From the NCBI GenBank assembly GCA_951406725.2, contig OX597827.1, positions 55,924,001 through 55,988,000 on the forward strand: DNA of 64,000 nucleotides, in the 5' to 3' direction. The translations under genes and the position numbers were made by a program. The stretch comes from Octopus vulgaris (taxonomy: Eukaryota). The notes under the pieces are model-generated. The model had not been told where the DNA came from. It saw nothing but the letters and a program-made list of their open reading frames with translations, and ran no database searches. Shown piece after piece: positions 1 to 13,709 of this stretch. Within the stretch, counting starts at the first letter, position 1; each line of letters begins with the position of its first letter.

Positions 1-170
1 TCTAGAGTATTTTTAGCCAAGAAATGCCTGTTAACATTTTATGAAGGTAGATGGGGTTACATGTCTTGTTGACCAAAGACACTATACATCATATGAGATG
101 AGCTAACAGTAACTTCAACTTACTTATAATTTTATGTATAAATTCAGATTGTAGAAATAATTTTACTTAC

Positions 171-1792
171 AATTTAATCTGTTGTTTACTTGCTGCTAAT
201 TCCTTCTTTAGAGATTGGAAGTTTTGTTTGAGATCCAAGAATTCTGGAATCTGATTTATGTCTATCTTTGTCAAGCCGTTGAAGGACAGGCCACTACTCT
301 GAGGTAATGGCTGGTGTGTTGTTAACAGCTCTTCTTCTAATTCATTTAGTAATTGATCATCTTTTCCATCATGATCTTCAGTGGACACATTTGAGTGAGT
401 CTGATCAGGGACTGGTGATGATGATGATGTCATTGAATCAGGAGCTCTTTTCACTGTTTCAGTTTGTTCGCATTCAATGTTAGCAACATGACAGCTTTGT
501 GGATTTGGTTCTTGATTGGATCTTAAATCAGGTGAGTGAACAGGTGCAACAGAAGGACTAATATTCAAAGTGTTTGTTTTTTCTGCACATGTATCTGCAG
601 TGTTAGTATCTGATATGTGAATAGGAGTTGTGTTATTACTGTCAAGTTTATTGTCCATTAGTTCTGAGTTGTTATTCTCAGTCCAAGAGACTGCATCATA
701 ACCAACATCGATGTTATTCAATAAATGGTTTGCAGAGGCAACTGGTTCATGTTTTTGTTGTTCCATTCCAGATGAAACCGGCTGAGAATCTTCTAGATTA
801 CTAGAAGCCACCTCATTTGTGCTACTGTTGACTAATTCTGTGTCATGTTGTTGTGTATCAATGGTTTCCTTAGATGGAATCAATTCTCTAGATTCAGTTT
901 TATTTTCTGCAGTTACTGAAATAGAACTGCTATCACCAGTTTCATCAAATTTATTAGCACTTTTGTTGAGTTCAGGAGAAAGGCAGCCTGATTCTAACTG
1001 AAGATCACCAGAAGTAGTGCTTTGTGTAACTGACTGAGTGTTATTGTTTGTAGAAGTGACAGCTAACTGTTGTAAACTGGAAGAATGTTCATTTGTACTA
1101 GCTGCATCGTTTTTATCATCCTCAACACCAACACAGTAATCTGCAGCCAGGGGCTGGTTATTTGTTTCATTTGGCACAGAGTTAGCTTCATCCATTTTAG
1201 TGGCTATTTCATTTGGGTTAACTAATGCTGGATGTAGGAGATTATCTGCAGAACGGCTTTCGATTTCTACTGACTCACGCACCTGTGCAACATTGTCACA
1301 GTTGTTATTATCACAGTTGTCTTCATCACTTATAACTATAGCCTGATCACATTCAGGTTCGAAATCTTCACTTCTCTCTTCACTATCTCTAATCGTATTC
1401 TCTAATATTTCATCTTCGGGCGCAGTGTCAGCTACTGACTCAGGAGAAACAGGAAGGAATGGTTGAATGTGGATGTTGTTATCCTCATAGAGGTTACCAG
1501 CTTCTGCAAATGAATCGGATCTTTCTTGATTTACTTCAATATCACCTTCTTGCACATTATTCTGTTGATTCAATGCTGAATCTGGGGCATTTTCAACCTG
1601 CTGGTAGATGAGAGCTTCAACATCCTCAAAATCCTGAGGCCAGAAGTCAGCATCTACAGCAGGTACACCTCTGATATCTGCTTCAACATCATCTCCAATT
1701 GCAAGTTCATCTTCTACAAGAACATCAGCAGAATCAGCTTCTGGGTCTGGATTTTCAACTACATTATTGTTCTCGGCATCAGTATCACACAT
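171..1792 (-). CDS. First coding exon (~540 codons) of a multi-exon gene; acidic/Ser/Asn-rich disordered N-terminus followed by the start of a coiled coil; tentatively CCDC186-like
   Basis: 541-codon open frame. Acceptor TTTTTTTTCTATTTTAG (AG at 1804-1803) lies 10 nt before the ATG, and a perfect donor GTAAGT at 170-165 means the ORF 'stop' is intronic and the gene continues off the left edge (phase 2). DDQLLNELEEELL..NG followed by heptads recalls the EDLLEEIESELL..NG motif of vertebrate CCDC186 (from memory; identity uncertain). Confidence 0.85.
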
Positions 1793-4077
1793 GCTTTCGT
1801 CTCTAAAATAGAAAAAAAATAAATAGTGAAAATATAGTATTCTTCTAATATAATTAGATTATAAAACTAGGGTTTCTTACAGAGTTGTAAAAGGCCATAA
1901 ATTTCTAGGAGTAGAATACAGTTAATGGAATCAATCTCAAAACATACTTAATACTTATTCTATTGAATGAAAAGTGAAGAAATTCAAACTTAAAACTCCA
2001 CCTGGATTTGAATTCATAATATTGGTTTCAAATTTTGACACAAGGCCGGCAATTTTTGAGGGAAAGGATAAGTCTTACATTGACCCCAGTGCTCAACTGG
2101 TACTTATTTTATCAACACCGAAATAATGAAAGGCAAAGTGAACCTCGATGAAATTTGAACTCAGTGCATGGTTGGGCTGCAAATTTCTTAACCACACTGC
2201 CATTGTCTGTGCCTATAACCCATGCCTGCAATGTATATATATGTGTATGTATGCATGCATACATATATACACATGTGAGTATATGTGTATCTCTTTCTCT
2301 CTATTACATATATATATGTATGTATGTATGTGTGTGTATAAATGTGTGTGTGTGTGTGTGTGTGTGTACACATACGCACATACCTGTAAGAGAGGCAGCT
2401 CAAAACATTAATTTAAGCACAATATACAAAGAGATAAAAATAAATATTATTTGAATTCTATGTAAGGAGAAAAAAAATTATGACTGAATTGTTATGCAAT
2501 TATACTCATATAAAATAACTATGTTCACATGAAACAAGGAAGAACAATGAGCTATAGTCAAATTTTATAACAAATTGAATAAGTACAGAGACAAGAGACA
2601 AAATATTTCAAGATTTGTAGGAAGTTTATGACAGTGAAACAATGGTTTCATGAACAATTTGGAAATAAAAAAAATACTTCAGAGACAGGAATGAGTGAGC
2701 GATGAATATCATAATGAAACAGCTGAGGATAATACAGAGCGAGTGAAAAGTATATCTGAAGTGGATCCAACGATAACAAATAGGAACATTGCATTTTATC
2801 TTTAGACTGTGGTCATGCTGGAGTACTGCTTTGAAGAGTTTCCATTGAAAAAAAAATGAACACCAGTATTTATTTACTTTTACTTTTTTTTAACCTGTTA
2901 CATATTTTATTGGTCTCCTTTTGCTGAACTGTTTAGAAATAGGGATGCAAACAAACCAACACCAGTTGTTAAGCTGTTGTTGGACACACACACACACGCA
3001 CACACACACAACAGGCTTCATTCAGTTTCTTATTTCTTTACTAACCACAAGGGGCTACACACAGAGGGGACAAACAAGGACAGACAAACGGATTAAGTCG
3101 ATTACATTCAGTTTCAACAGGCTTCATTCAGTTTCTGTCAACCAAATTCACTTACAAGGCTTTGGTTGAACTAAGGCTATAGCAGAAAACACTTACCCAA
3201 GGTGTCCCGTGGTAGGATTGAATTCAAAACCACATGGTTGGGAAATAATCTTCTTATTTCCTTACTGCCCACAAGGGGCTAAACATAGAGGGGACAAACA
3301 AGGACAGACAGATGGATTAAGTCAATTATATCGACCCCAGTGCATAACTGGTACTTAATTTATCAACCCCGAAAGGATGAAAAGCAAAGTTGACTTCGGC
3401 GGAATTTGAACGCAGAATGTAAAGACAGATGAAATACTGCTAAGCATTTCACCTGGCTAACGTTTCTGCCAGCTTGGCGCCTTCTTATCACACAGCAACA
3501 CCTAGCTTTGTCCAGAAAAATACTTAATAAACAACTGAATATTAAAAGATTAGATGGATTATTTGGTGCATTTTGGAAAAACAGAAATGGCTATGCAACA
3601 ACTTCTTGAACAATTTATATTATAATCTTCAAAAATGTTTCACAAAATAGCCTGGCTTTGTAGTTAAGAAGCTTCTTTGCAATCACATGCTTTTGGGGTC
3701 AGTGCTACTGCAAGGCAAATAAATCCAGTTCTATATTTAAGAGATGAGGAATTATTTACATTATTTACAATTGACGGATATTTGTTCTCATCTTGTTTGT
3801 TGTTAACACAACATTTCAGCTGATATACCCTCCATCTTGGGGGAAATTTCGAACCTGGGTTCTCATTCCTAAGGTATTTTTTGATATTGTTGTTGCTATT
3901 ATTATTCTTCGGGTTAGTAGCCCATGCTCTTAACCAAATATATATGCCAGTGGGTGTTAAGAAAGGCATCCAGCCATAGAAACCATGCCAAATCAGATTG
4001 GAGTCTAATGCAGCTCTCCAGCTTGCCAGCTCTGGTCAAACCATCCAACCCATGTCAGCATGGACAATGGATGTTAA

Positions 4078-4113
<36 letters not shown>

Positions 4114-4282
4114 TTATATATATCATCATCATACTTTAATATCCATTTTCCATGTTGATGTGGGAGACAGAAACTGAGCAAGCAGCCCATCATGTGTGTG
4201 TGTGTGTGTGTGTGCGTGCATGTGTGGACAAACAAAAGAAAGTGGCAGTCAACACATTTTGTAGGAGCTACATATATCATTT

Positions 4283-4690
4283 AGCAACAGTCTAACTCAG
4301 CTCTATGCAACTTAAAGTTTTGAAGGCTCAATTTTGAATAAACCTATCTTGTCAGGCATCAAGATAAGGTGAGAAAAATTCACAAATTCAAGATGGCTTC
4401 CAGATGTTAGGCCTCTATTGGTCGACTCAGGTGATCTGGTGTTGGTCTGGAAGCAACAGCAGTTACTTCCTTTATTCTTAGGCCTACATGCTTGTACTAG
4501 ATGTTGGTTAAGTAGTTGTTATTGGTCGCTTCTAGGCCAATAACACCACATGACCAGAGATGACCAATAGAGGCCTAACATCTAGAAGCCATTTACAATT
4601 TGTCTCATATACATTTAGTCTCTCTGGATGCCAAACAAGATAGATTTTTTCTACAAGCCTATGAAACTTGGAGCTGAGTCAAACAGTTAT
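4283..4690. repeat. Foldback/MITE: ~400-bp imperfect palindrome
   Basis: ATGGCTTCCAGATGTTAGGCCTCTATTGGTC vs GACCAATAGAGGCCTAACATCTAGAAGCCAT; terminal ACTCAGCTC/GAGCTGAGT. Confidence 0.75.
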
Positions 4691-4859
4691 AAACTGAAAT
4701 ATGTGTGTATGTGTGTGTGCCTCCTGGCAAAATATGCAAACATCAGAGAGAAAAGTGAATAACTGTGCTTTCAGTCTCTTGTGATATTTGTTCTGTCCAA
4801 GTTACATGATTGCCATCGTAGAAGCAGAACTAGTGACTACCCTACTGTTTGCAAAAATG

Positions 4860-4920
4860 CAATATATATATATACATATATATATATATGTATGTATGTA
4901 TGTATGTATATGTATGTATG

Positions 4921-4951
<31 letters not shown>

Positions 4952-5031
4952 GTGTGTGTGTGTATGTATATATATATATATGTATATATAACTTTATACA
5001 TTATTTTAATTATATATATATGCATAGATAC

Positions 5032-5067
<36 letters not shown>

Positions 5068-5085
5068 AGAAAGAGAGAGAGAGAT
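4860..5085. repeat. Compound microsatellite (TA)n/(TATG)n/(TG)n/(GA)n
   Basis: Direct reading; similar tracts at 2230-2380, 5980-6032, 34620-34930, 36960-37080, 43607-43687, 54448-54556, 54935-55100, 59980-60135. Confidence 0.95.
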
Positions 5086-5622
5086 TGTAATAGAGATACT
5101 TCTTGATAATATTCGTGTACATATTGGCTCTAATGCCATTATGCTTTAGATAATATTCTTGGAGAGAGCACTAGTGTATCGATTTTTATATATATATATG
5201 ACATCTTTTGTCTAGAAAACCAGCGACTGAGTAATGGAAATTTTAGATACCACATGCCAAACTGGAGAAGTATATACTCGTAACAAAAACAAATATTAGC
5301 AAAGACAAGCTAACTGGTTTGTAATGCTGCACCTGAAGAAGAAAATCTTATGCTAACCAAGATTTGAAGGTTGGGTTGGGTTTATTGGTGATATGGCTGG
5401 GGAGGCAGCAAATAGGTGGATATTGTTCTGCTGCAGGTCAGTTCCGATTGAACAGAACAGACCTATAATCAAAAGTATATAAGTATATTTATGTCTAGGA
5501 CTACAGTGTCGAATGTGTCTTTACCTTTTTTAAGATGGTAAAGTATGATTTTAAGGAGATTTGACTGCTATTTGTAGCAGGTCAGATATCTGAGTAGAGA
5601 GGTTTCTTTGTTGGATTGTATA

Positions 5623-5662
<40 letters not shown>

Positions 5663-5664
<2 letters not shown>

Positions 5665-5755
5665 TCACAACAGATCACAGCACATACCCAAGGCACACAG
5701 AGCTGCGCTCGGTAGTGAAGTGAAAGCACGCTATAAAAATAAAACTACTGAATAA
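5663..5755 (+). mobile_element. Probable 3' end of an R4/Dong-type LINE inserted in (TAA)n
   Basis: Unique ~90-bp CpG-containing segment flanked on both sides by (TAA)n, the known R4/Dong target; recognised from memory only. Confidence 0.4.
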
Positions 5756-5975
5756 TGATAATAATAATAACAATAATAATATGAGGGAATATTATTCCAA
5801 ACTTACAGGGAAAAATTCAATTTAGAAACACTAAATCAAATTTACTATTTTGCATATTACTTAATCATTGTTATATGTTTTATCTTATATTTAATCTTTC
5901 TATAATATGTTATTTTTCTAAATGGTATAATTTAATTTTTCATTATTGAATTGATAAAAGGTGTTTTTTTGTCTA

Positions 5976-6036
<61 letters not shown>

Positions 6037-6129
6037 ATCCAAATAAGAAAACACAAAAAAACACGACAACGCGAGGACGTGGAACAAATATAGTATTATT
6101 GGACGCTCAGGAAAGAAAGGAAGAAGGAG

Positions 6130-6164
6130 GTTTAACGTTTCGAGCGGAGCTCTTCGTCGGAAAC
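6130..6164 (-). ncRNA. Minimal hammerhead-like motif (U4C variant)
   Basis: GTTT-CCGACGA-A-GAGC-TCC-GCTC-GAAA-CGTT-AAAC inside a ~200-bp repeat (6033-6240) flanked on both sides by (TA)n. Confidence 0.55.
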
Positions 6165-6232
6165 ATAGGAGAAGGAAAGATCTAGAGAAGGGAAGACAGA
6201 GGAAAAAAAATCGCCAACGGTACACACAAGGT

Positions 6233-6281
<49 letters not shown>

Positions 6282-8253
6282 AGGTTGGAGTCACAGGCTT
6301 GATATTTGAAAGCAGTTGCCAACAAGAATAAATAAGTAAATAAAAACACTGTAAAAATGGAAGCATCAAAATAAGTAAATGTTAAAGGAAGGGGGAGGAG
6401 AGGTGAGGACAGGGAGATATCGGAAATCAACTGAGCAAAATCAGCTATAGAAACAGCATGTACAATTACAAATTCATCGGCCAGCAGGATCCACATTATA
6501 AAATCCAGCCAGCTTTCAAAAGAGCTGTTTCAAATAAGTCCCTGAGAAACTACAACTCTGCCAACAATATATGAATTATTTATCAGAAGAACAGTTGTAT
6601 GATATTTCTTTTAGTATACAGTACATCCTGGAAGTAGCAGCTGTGTTGTGTATGTAATATATTTAATAATAGTATTCTATTTTATTTTCTTGCTTTAGAT
6701 TCTTCAGTTACAAAAATCTGTTGATATTATTACTATAGCAATTTTAGTTGCTGAATGGAAAACAAACTGCCAGATTAAAAACTAAGAGAGATTTGCATCT
6801 CTCCCCACTCTCTCGCTCTCTCTTTCTGTCTCCTAAACAATAATCCAAACAATAATCCAACCTTACTAGAAAATACTCAGAATTTGCGGAATCAGGCAAC
6901 CTATGTATTAGGAAGGAGAATTAGAACACAAATAAATTAAATATGTACATGTATGTAATTGTACATCATGTTTGTGTGTGTGTTTATGTCTTCTTGTTTG
7001 AACAATTAAATGCAACTCTGTCTAGTAATGGTGTATAGTTTTGCACAAAATTCAGAGTCCCCCAGGTGTCAAAAAGTGTTCCAATGTTCTAGAAACAAAG
7101 GACAGAAAGTAATATTGTTATTTGTCGGCATCAAATAATTATCTCTTATGTAAGTTCAATCTATCATCTAAGCCACATGCTCTTCCTGTCTCCAACCCTC
7201 ACTTGTTTCTAAGCAAGGTAATATTTCCCCATGGCTAGACATGGTCTCACAGAATACTGGAAATGAATGTCAATGCTTGTATGACAGTGACAATCATTTA
7301 GAACTACTACATGATAACAAGACAAGGGGACATACATACCCCCACACACAAACACAGGCACACACACACACACACACACAATGTACTTCTTTTATTAACT
7401 TCTGTCTACCAAATTCACTCAAATGGCCTTGTTCAGTCTAGGGCTATAGCAGAAGACACTTGCTCAAGGTTCTACACAGTGGGACTGAACTCAGAACTAT
7501 GTAGTTAGGAAGCAGCTACTCTATGCAAGCATGGAAAAGAGGACATTAAACTGATGATGATGATAATGATGATGAAAACCAAAATGGATTGGACATGGTT
7601 AAGAAAGAACTTAATAGACATTCAAGTTTAATTTTAATTTTAAAATGAAAATTTATTTTGACTAGACACTATATTCTATTTGTAAATTAAGAGACATTTT
7701 AATTTTCATAATCCCATAGTTACTTAAATCTTATTTTATTAGTCTAGTAAGGGACGGGGGTGCTGATAAAGCTAACTATGGTTTTAATGGAATTTAGAAC
7801 AATGAGAAACATTTCAAACTTATTTTTTCAACACCACTACGTTCAAATCATATATCTTAAATGTTGTTGGCTTTAGTTGGTTTAATTTTCTCATAGAATT
7901 TTTTATAAAAAAAAATTTTTTTAATAAAAAATAAACTAGCCTATTATAGAATGAATGCAACCAGAAGTACCTGAATTTCCAGTACTACAAGTGAAGCTTT
8001 GAAAAATTTGTTTACATTTTCAAAAGCAGTCACACTTTAGAGACACCAAGGAAATAGTGTAAGAAAAGTATAATGTCATATTTTATACACCACAATTCAG
8101 GGGTATTTTATACAGAAATTATTTATTATTATTCATCAAGGTTGTTGCTGATGGTCCTGATCAAAATGATATATGATTAAGGCATTCCATTCAAGACTTT
8201 CCCATTCTTTTTTTTGTTGTTTTTGCTTTTAATTTCAAGAATTACATTGTTAA

Positions 8254-8655
8254 CCCTTTTGTTATCATATTCCTGTTGAAACACACTGCTTTTGTTTCAA
8301 TTAATTTCGATAATAATGAAGTATTTGGTAAAATATAATAACATAAGTTTTGCTGGAAGATTTTAATTTAGAACGCTTTAACCTTTTTGTTACCATATTT
8401 ATTTTGAGATGCTCTGTGTTTCTATAATTTAATTTTAAATATAACAAAGAATTTAGTAAAATAACTTAGTTATCATTAATTAAGCTAATGTTAAGAACAT
8501 AAATTGTGACTAAGGTTTGGTGGAAGATCTTAATTCAAAACTTATGAAAACAAGACATTTGTACTATAGAGCCAGAAGCGGTTTCAGCTGGGTTGGTATG
8601 GAAAGGGTTAAAACAAGATGTTTGTATTATAAAATCAGGTGCAGTATCAAATGGG
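8254..8655. mobile_element. piggyBac-like MITE with a related copy nested inside (8382-8607)
   Basis: TTAA|CCCTTTTGTTA.. and inner TTAA|CCTTTTTGTTACC ... GGTATGGAAAGGG|TTAA. A related decayed element lies at ~12036-12824. Confidence 0.7.
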
Positions 8656-10344
8656 TTGAATGTGGTACCCTTTATTAAGCAGTAGAAAAATGTGGATACT
8701 ATTTCTAGCAGGTCCCTTGCTGGATTGCCATCCATTACTTGAGTATATGGAGTGGTAAAATGTGAATAAGTTATTCAAATTCTCAAGGTGAAAGATAGAA
8801 AGAAATAGAACACATTCATTGTGTTGATAGGTTTGTGGATCATTATCGAAAATTCAACTGGCTTATTCCATGCAGTTAAGTCTACTTTGTCACAGCTTAT
8901 CAGAAGAACACAGACCTTATCAACAATACAAAACAGAATGAAAAGTAAATAACAAGATAAACCAAGAAGGAAGAGCCCTTTTGATATGAACAAAATTTTA
9001 CATGTAAGAACATTTGAAACCACCTGCTGACAAAGTCTCTAAAAATCTAAAATGAAAAAAAGGGGTTTAATCCTCCAGACCAAAACAGTAATTTAATATA
9101 AGTTACATATAAGGTGGCAAGCGAGTAGAATCACTGCCTTCACATTCTGAGTTCAAATTCTGCCATGGTTGACTTTGCCCTTCATCCTTTCAGGATCGAT
9201 AAAGTAAGCACCAGCTGAGTACTGAGGGTCGATGTAATCGACTTAACCCCTTCCCTAAAATTGCTGGCTTTGTGCCAAAATTTGAAATCAATATAAGTTA
9301 CATATCAGCTAATTAGTAAAATTAAAGATGTATTATTTGTCTCAGAATAGAAATATCCAAACAGGTTTTTAGGCATTTATTCCCATCTTCTATACTAGAA
9401 GAAAAAAAATAGCTTGTCCACTCCTGAGATAAACAGTTGAAGCAAAACATTACATGCTTTACTTCACATTTAAACAAATACATAGGGGATAGATCTGGGT
9501 AAACTAGTAATGTCTGGAGGATATTTTTGTGGACTGGGAATAACTGCTTTTAGTTGCAAGTTAGTACATCATGCACTTATTAATACAATGAGTGACTTCT
9601 GAATTAACAAAGTACAGTGACTCTGAGATTTTGATAGACACACATTTTATAGGAGGGAATAAAATGTCTAAAACAGCCAAGTAAAAAAAAAAAGAAAAAA
9701 ACTGCTGTGTTACTGGACTGATGTTATTAAAGAACAAGAATCATGTGCTGTCTCTATTGAACTGTTAAACACACTAAACCACTGATCAAATTGAAGTATT
9801 TATAAGTAATTGAAATGGTATTGAAATATGTTTCACTTCAAAGCAAAAAATGGAGAAGGAAATTTTCACAGATGCCATTTAGTTTGATTTATCTGTAAAT
9901 TATATGAACTTCAAAGTATGAATTCTTCCAACTGAATGCCAATTTTTATAGTTAACAACTCTATTATGCAGAGACTGTGGCATTGAAAACAGATGAAGAT
10001 AAGTTAAATCTTGTATATTTAATGGATGTGTAAACCAAATAGATTTTCACATTGCAGAAAGAAGGAAATGAGTAGAACCAAGGTAAGATTACGTCAGTAA
10101 AGTTATATTTTTTTCTTTTGTGTTTCAGTCATTTGACTGCAACCATGCTGGAGCACCACCTTGAAGTGTTTTTTGCCTAACAATTTGACTCCATGACTTA
10201 TTTTTAAGCCTAGTACTTATTCTAGTGGTCTCTTTGCCAAACTTCTAAGCTATGGGGAAGTAAGCATATCAAAACTGGTTGTCAAGCAATGATGAATGGG
10301 ACAACAAACACAGACACAAAAACACACAGACATTTATATGTATA

Positions 10345-11135
10345 CTGGGTCATCCCATAAATAATGCAGTTTTTTTATACTTCTTTTATTTTTCAAAATT
10401 AAGATAAAGTGAGTTCTTTTTTAACCTAAAATATACTCTCCTTCATTTTCTACAATGCTCTTCCATCTATCTGGTAGATTTGCAAGGCCCCTCTCCCAAA
10501 ATTCACTTGTCCATGATGAAAAATACTCCTCCAATACTCATCTACAGAATTCATATTTTTTATGTCCAAAGGATTTTGAAGACTCCAGAATAAATGATAA
10601 TCAGATGGGGAAATGTCCTGCAAATATGGTGGGTGGGGTGTTGTTTCCCATTCAAACTGCTCAAGCCTTTGGAATGTCACCCTTGCTATATGTGGCTGAG
10701 CATTATCCTAATGGAATAACACCTTTCGTCTTGAAACTAAAGATTGTTGTTTTTCTTCTAGTGCTGACTTAAGCTGCTCACAGTAGATCTTTGTTATCGT
10801 TTGGTTTGGGTTTAAATGTTCAAAGTGGACTAAACTTTTCATATCCCATCAAACAGATAACAACACCTCATTTGGATGAAGACCTTTAGCCTGAGGTATC
10901 AGTGTTTCTCCCTTCCCTACCCACTGTCTTCAGCACTTGACATTTTTATAGAGAACCCATTTCTCAACACCAGTCACTATTTGGTCCAAAAAAGGTTCAT
11001 TCGTAAGACATGACAGCAAAGAAGAGCACACATTCACTCTCTGCATGCAATTAGACTCAAAAAGTTTGAGAGGAGCACACTGACTCAAGTTACTGACTTT
11101 TCCGATGGCATGCAGGTATTGATGAATGGCTGATA
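10345..11135 (-). mobile_element. Mariner (DD34D) transposase pseudogene, 3' portion with right TIR
   Basis: HAIGKVS..Q.AP.KL.E, FLDQIVTGVEKWVLY (TGDEKW), HPPYLQDISPSDYHLF (YSPDLAPSDY); terminus TA|CTGGGTCATCCCATAAATAATGC at 10345. Confidence 0.9.
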
Positions 11136-13271
11136 CAGTTTGAGCAATATGACACATAGCTCTGTATCTTGTGAGGACAAGTGGAATAAAAATAACAAAA
11201 ATCCCTTACTTGAAAAACATGTAAGAGTTGGTGACAGGAAGCACATTCATCCCCAAACTACTACCCTAGTCTTTGTTCAAGCTATGCTAGTATAGAAAAG
11301 CAGATATAAATATGTGTGAACAACTAAGCAGATACTTAAAATTCACCAGGAAGATGTAATTATAGATTTAGATTACATTAATTGCTTTTTAGGATTAAAG
11401 ATAGTTAGTGGAGACAGAGATATAGATTAGTTCTTGATATTACTATCTTAAATCAGCAAACTAAATCTAATAACTCCTTTCAATCTATTATTTTCATTAA
11501 AATTCTAATGATGAGAACTTGTGAGTCTCATCATCATCACCATTTAATGTCTGTTTTCCATGCTGGCATAGGTCGGATGGTTTGAAGGCCAGTTGAAGAG
11601 CTGTCCAGGTTCCCATGTCTGTTTTGCCACGGTTTCTATGGCTGGATGCCTTCCTAATGCCAACCACTCTACAGAGTATACTGGGTGCTTTTACGCAGCA
11701 CCAGCACAGGTGCATTCAAGTGGCAGTGGCATGGGTACTTTTCACATGGCACCAGTACCCATGAACCTGCAAAAATTAAGGTTGCTCAGCTGAAGAGGGA
11801 GGTAGGGGACATGCCTGTATGCAAGAACAAGCATAATTTTACTTAGCTTGACATGTCTTTCCAAGCACACCAGAAGCCTCAGTCCCCTGTCATCCCCTCT
11901 GTGAGGCTTCTGTTGTATTTGGTATACCAAATACCCAATCTTGCTTCAATTAATTGTTTCTAGTCATTTTTCAGGACCATGACCACTGATAGACAAAATA
12001 TCTGCTAAGAGTTACTTTTTTCTTTTAATGTTTAATCCTTTCGATGCCAACTGGTCCGAGACCAACCCAAATCGTGTGTTTTAAAGTGATCTAAATTAAA
12101 ACTGTCCATCAAAATTTCATGTTATTTTACTAAATTCTTTATTTTTGAAATAAATGTAACAAAGGCACTGTATTTCAACAGAGATTCTGCTTCAATATTT
12201 CAATAATAATCCTTTCTACTGTAGGCACAAGGCCTGAAATCTGGGAGCAATGAGCTAGTGCTCAACTAATACTGATTTCATTGACCTCGAAAGGATAAAA
12301 GGAAAAGTCTACCTTGGCAGAATTTAAACTCAAAACCTAACGACACACACACATACACAGATTTTCATCTACCATGTCAGTTCACAAGCCTTTGGTCAGC
12401 CAGAAGCTATAGTAGAAAACACTTGCCCAAGGTGCCATGCATTGGGACTGAACCTAGATCCATGTGGTTTGGAAGCAAACATCTTACCACACAGTTAGGT
12501 GGCAAGTAGGCAGAATTATTAACGTTTTGCCCATCTTTATTTTCTGAGTTCAAATTCCACTGAGGTCAATTTTGCCTTTCATCCTTTTTTTGGCAAGTAG
12601 GTCAATAAATTAAGTACTAGGTGTACACTGGGGTTGATGTAAACGATTTACCCCTTCCCTAAACTGGCTTAGTGCCAAAATTTGAAACCATTATTAAGTC
12701 AGTGTGTGGAATATAATAAATTAACAAGAAATTCTGATGGATGGTTTTAATCTTGATTACCTTAAAACAGGAAGCGTGTATCAGAGAATTAGGGGTGGTC
12801 TGAAGCAGGTAAGTATCAAAAAGCTTAAGGGAAAGGATTTCGTTAAGGTAACACCTCTAACCTAAAACGCACATTTCCCTGAGCTGTTGATTAGCAGCAG
12901 CACTCTAACAATATTGCTTGCTCTCACATGTATCATAAAAAAACCTCTCCTTCTATTCATCACTCATCTCCATTTAAGTTAAAAATTAGTAGTGTTCTAG
13001 TTCCAATTTGACTTTTTTCTCATCTGTTAATGGAACATCTTTTCTTTTAGAAAGCATTTGTTGGTTTTTTTGTTTTTTTTTGAGATTTTTTTCAGTATGA
13101 AGAAAATGAAGAAAAAAGTGAGAAAAGGAAGGAGAATGAATAGCACACAAACAGAAAATGAGTAACAAAAACCATAACCAACCATGAGGAACAGAAGAAG
13201 CATTAGTAATTATATTGTCAGCTGAACTATCATTCTCCTCTTCCTTCCCATTATTATTATCATTTATTAAT

Positions 13272-13492
13272 AAGGCGGTGAGCTGGCAGAATCATTAGCA
13301 CGCTGGGCAAGATGCTTAGTGGCATTTCCTCTGTCTTTATTTACGTTCTGGGTTCAAATTCTGCTGTGGTCAGCTTTGTCTTTCATACTTTCAGGGTCAA
13401 TAAATTAAATACTAGTAAAACACTGGGATCGATGTAACTGACTAGACCCCTCCACCAAAATTTCAGACCTCATGCCTTTAGTAGAAAGGATT
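13272..13492 (+). mobile_element. tRNA-derived SINE, family A (Meta-domain-like centre)
   Basis: AAGGCGGTGAGCTGGCAGAATC..GGTTCAAATTC..CTTTCATA/CCTTTCRGGGTCRATAAA..AGTACC. Other copies: 2020-2165, 3250-3482, 9112-9290, 12210-12340, 12497-12690, 14290-14470, 21700-21935, 23780-23997, 29278-29503, 30700-31250 (three), 37653-37842, 42865-43470 (three). Confidence 0.85.
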
Positions 13493-13709
13493 ATTACTAG
13501 CATCTATAGGGCCTGGATATGATTATAGAACAAGACAACTGAAATATAATTTTTTCTTTATAGCTTAGTGAAAAGAGCAAGGGCTGCTTCCATGATCTTT
13601 GTTGAAACTTTGAGAGGGGGAAACTATGAATCAGAAGTTAGTCTAAAAGACAGCATACCAAAATCATCAGGATATTTGTCCTCAGGTTAAACAAAGACAT
13701 GGTCTAAAT

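Noticed and set aside
5325-5375. CTGAAGA followed by a hairpin, HHR-like
   Set aside because: No GAAA/NUH/stem I can be completed.
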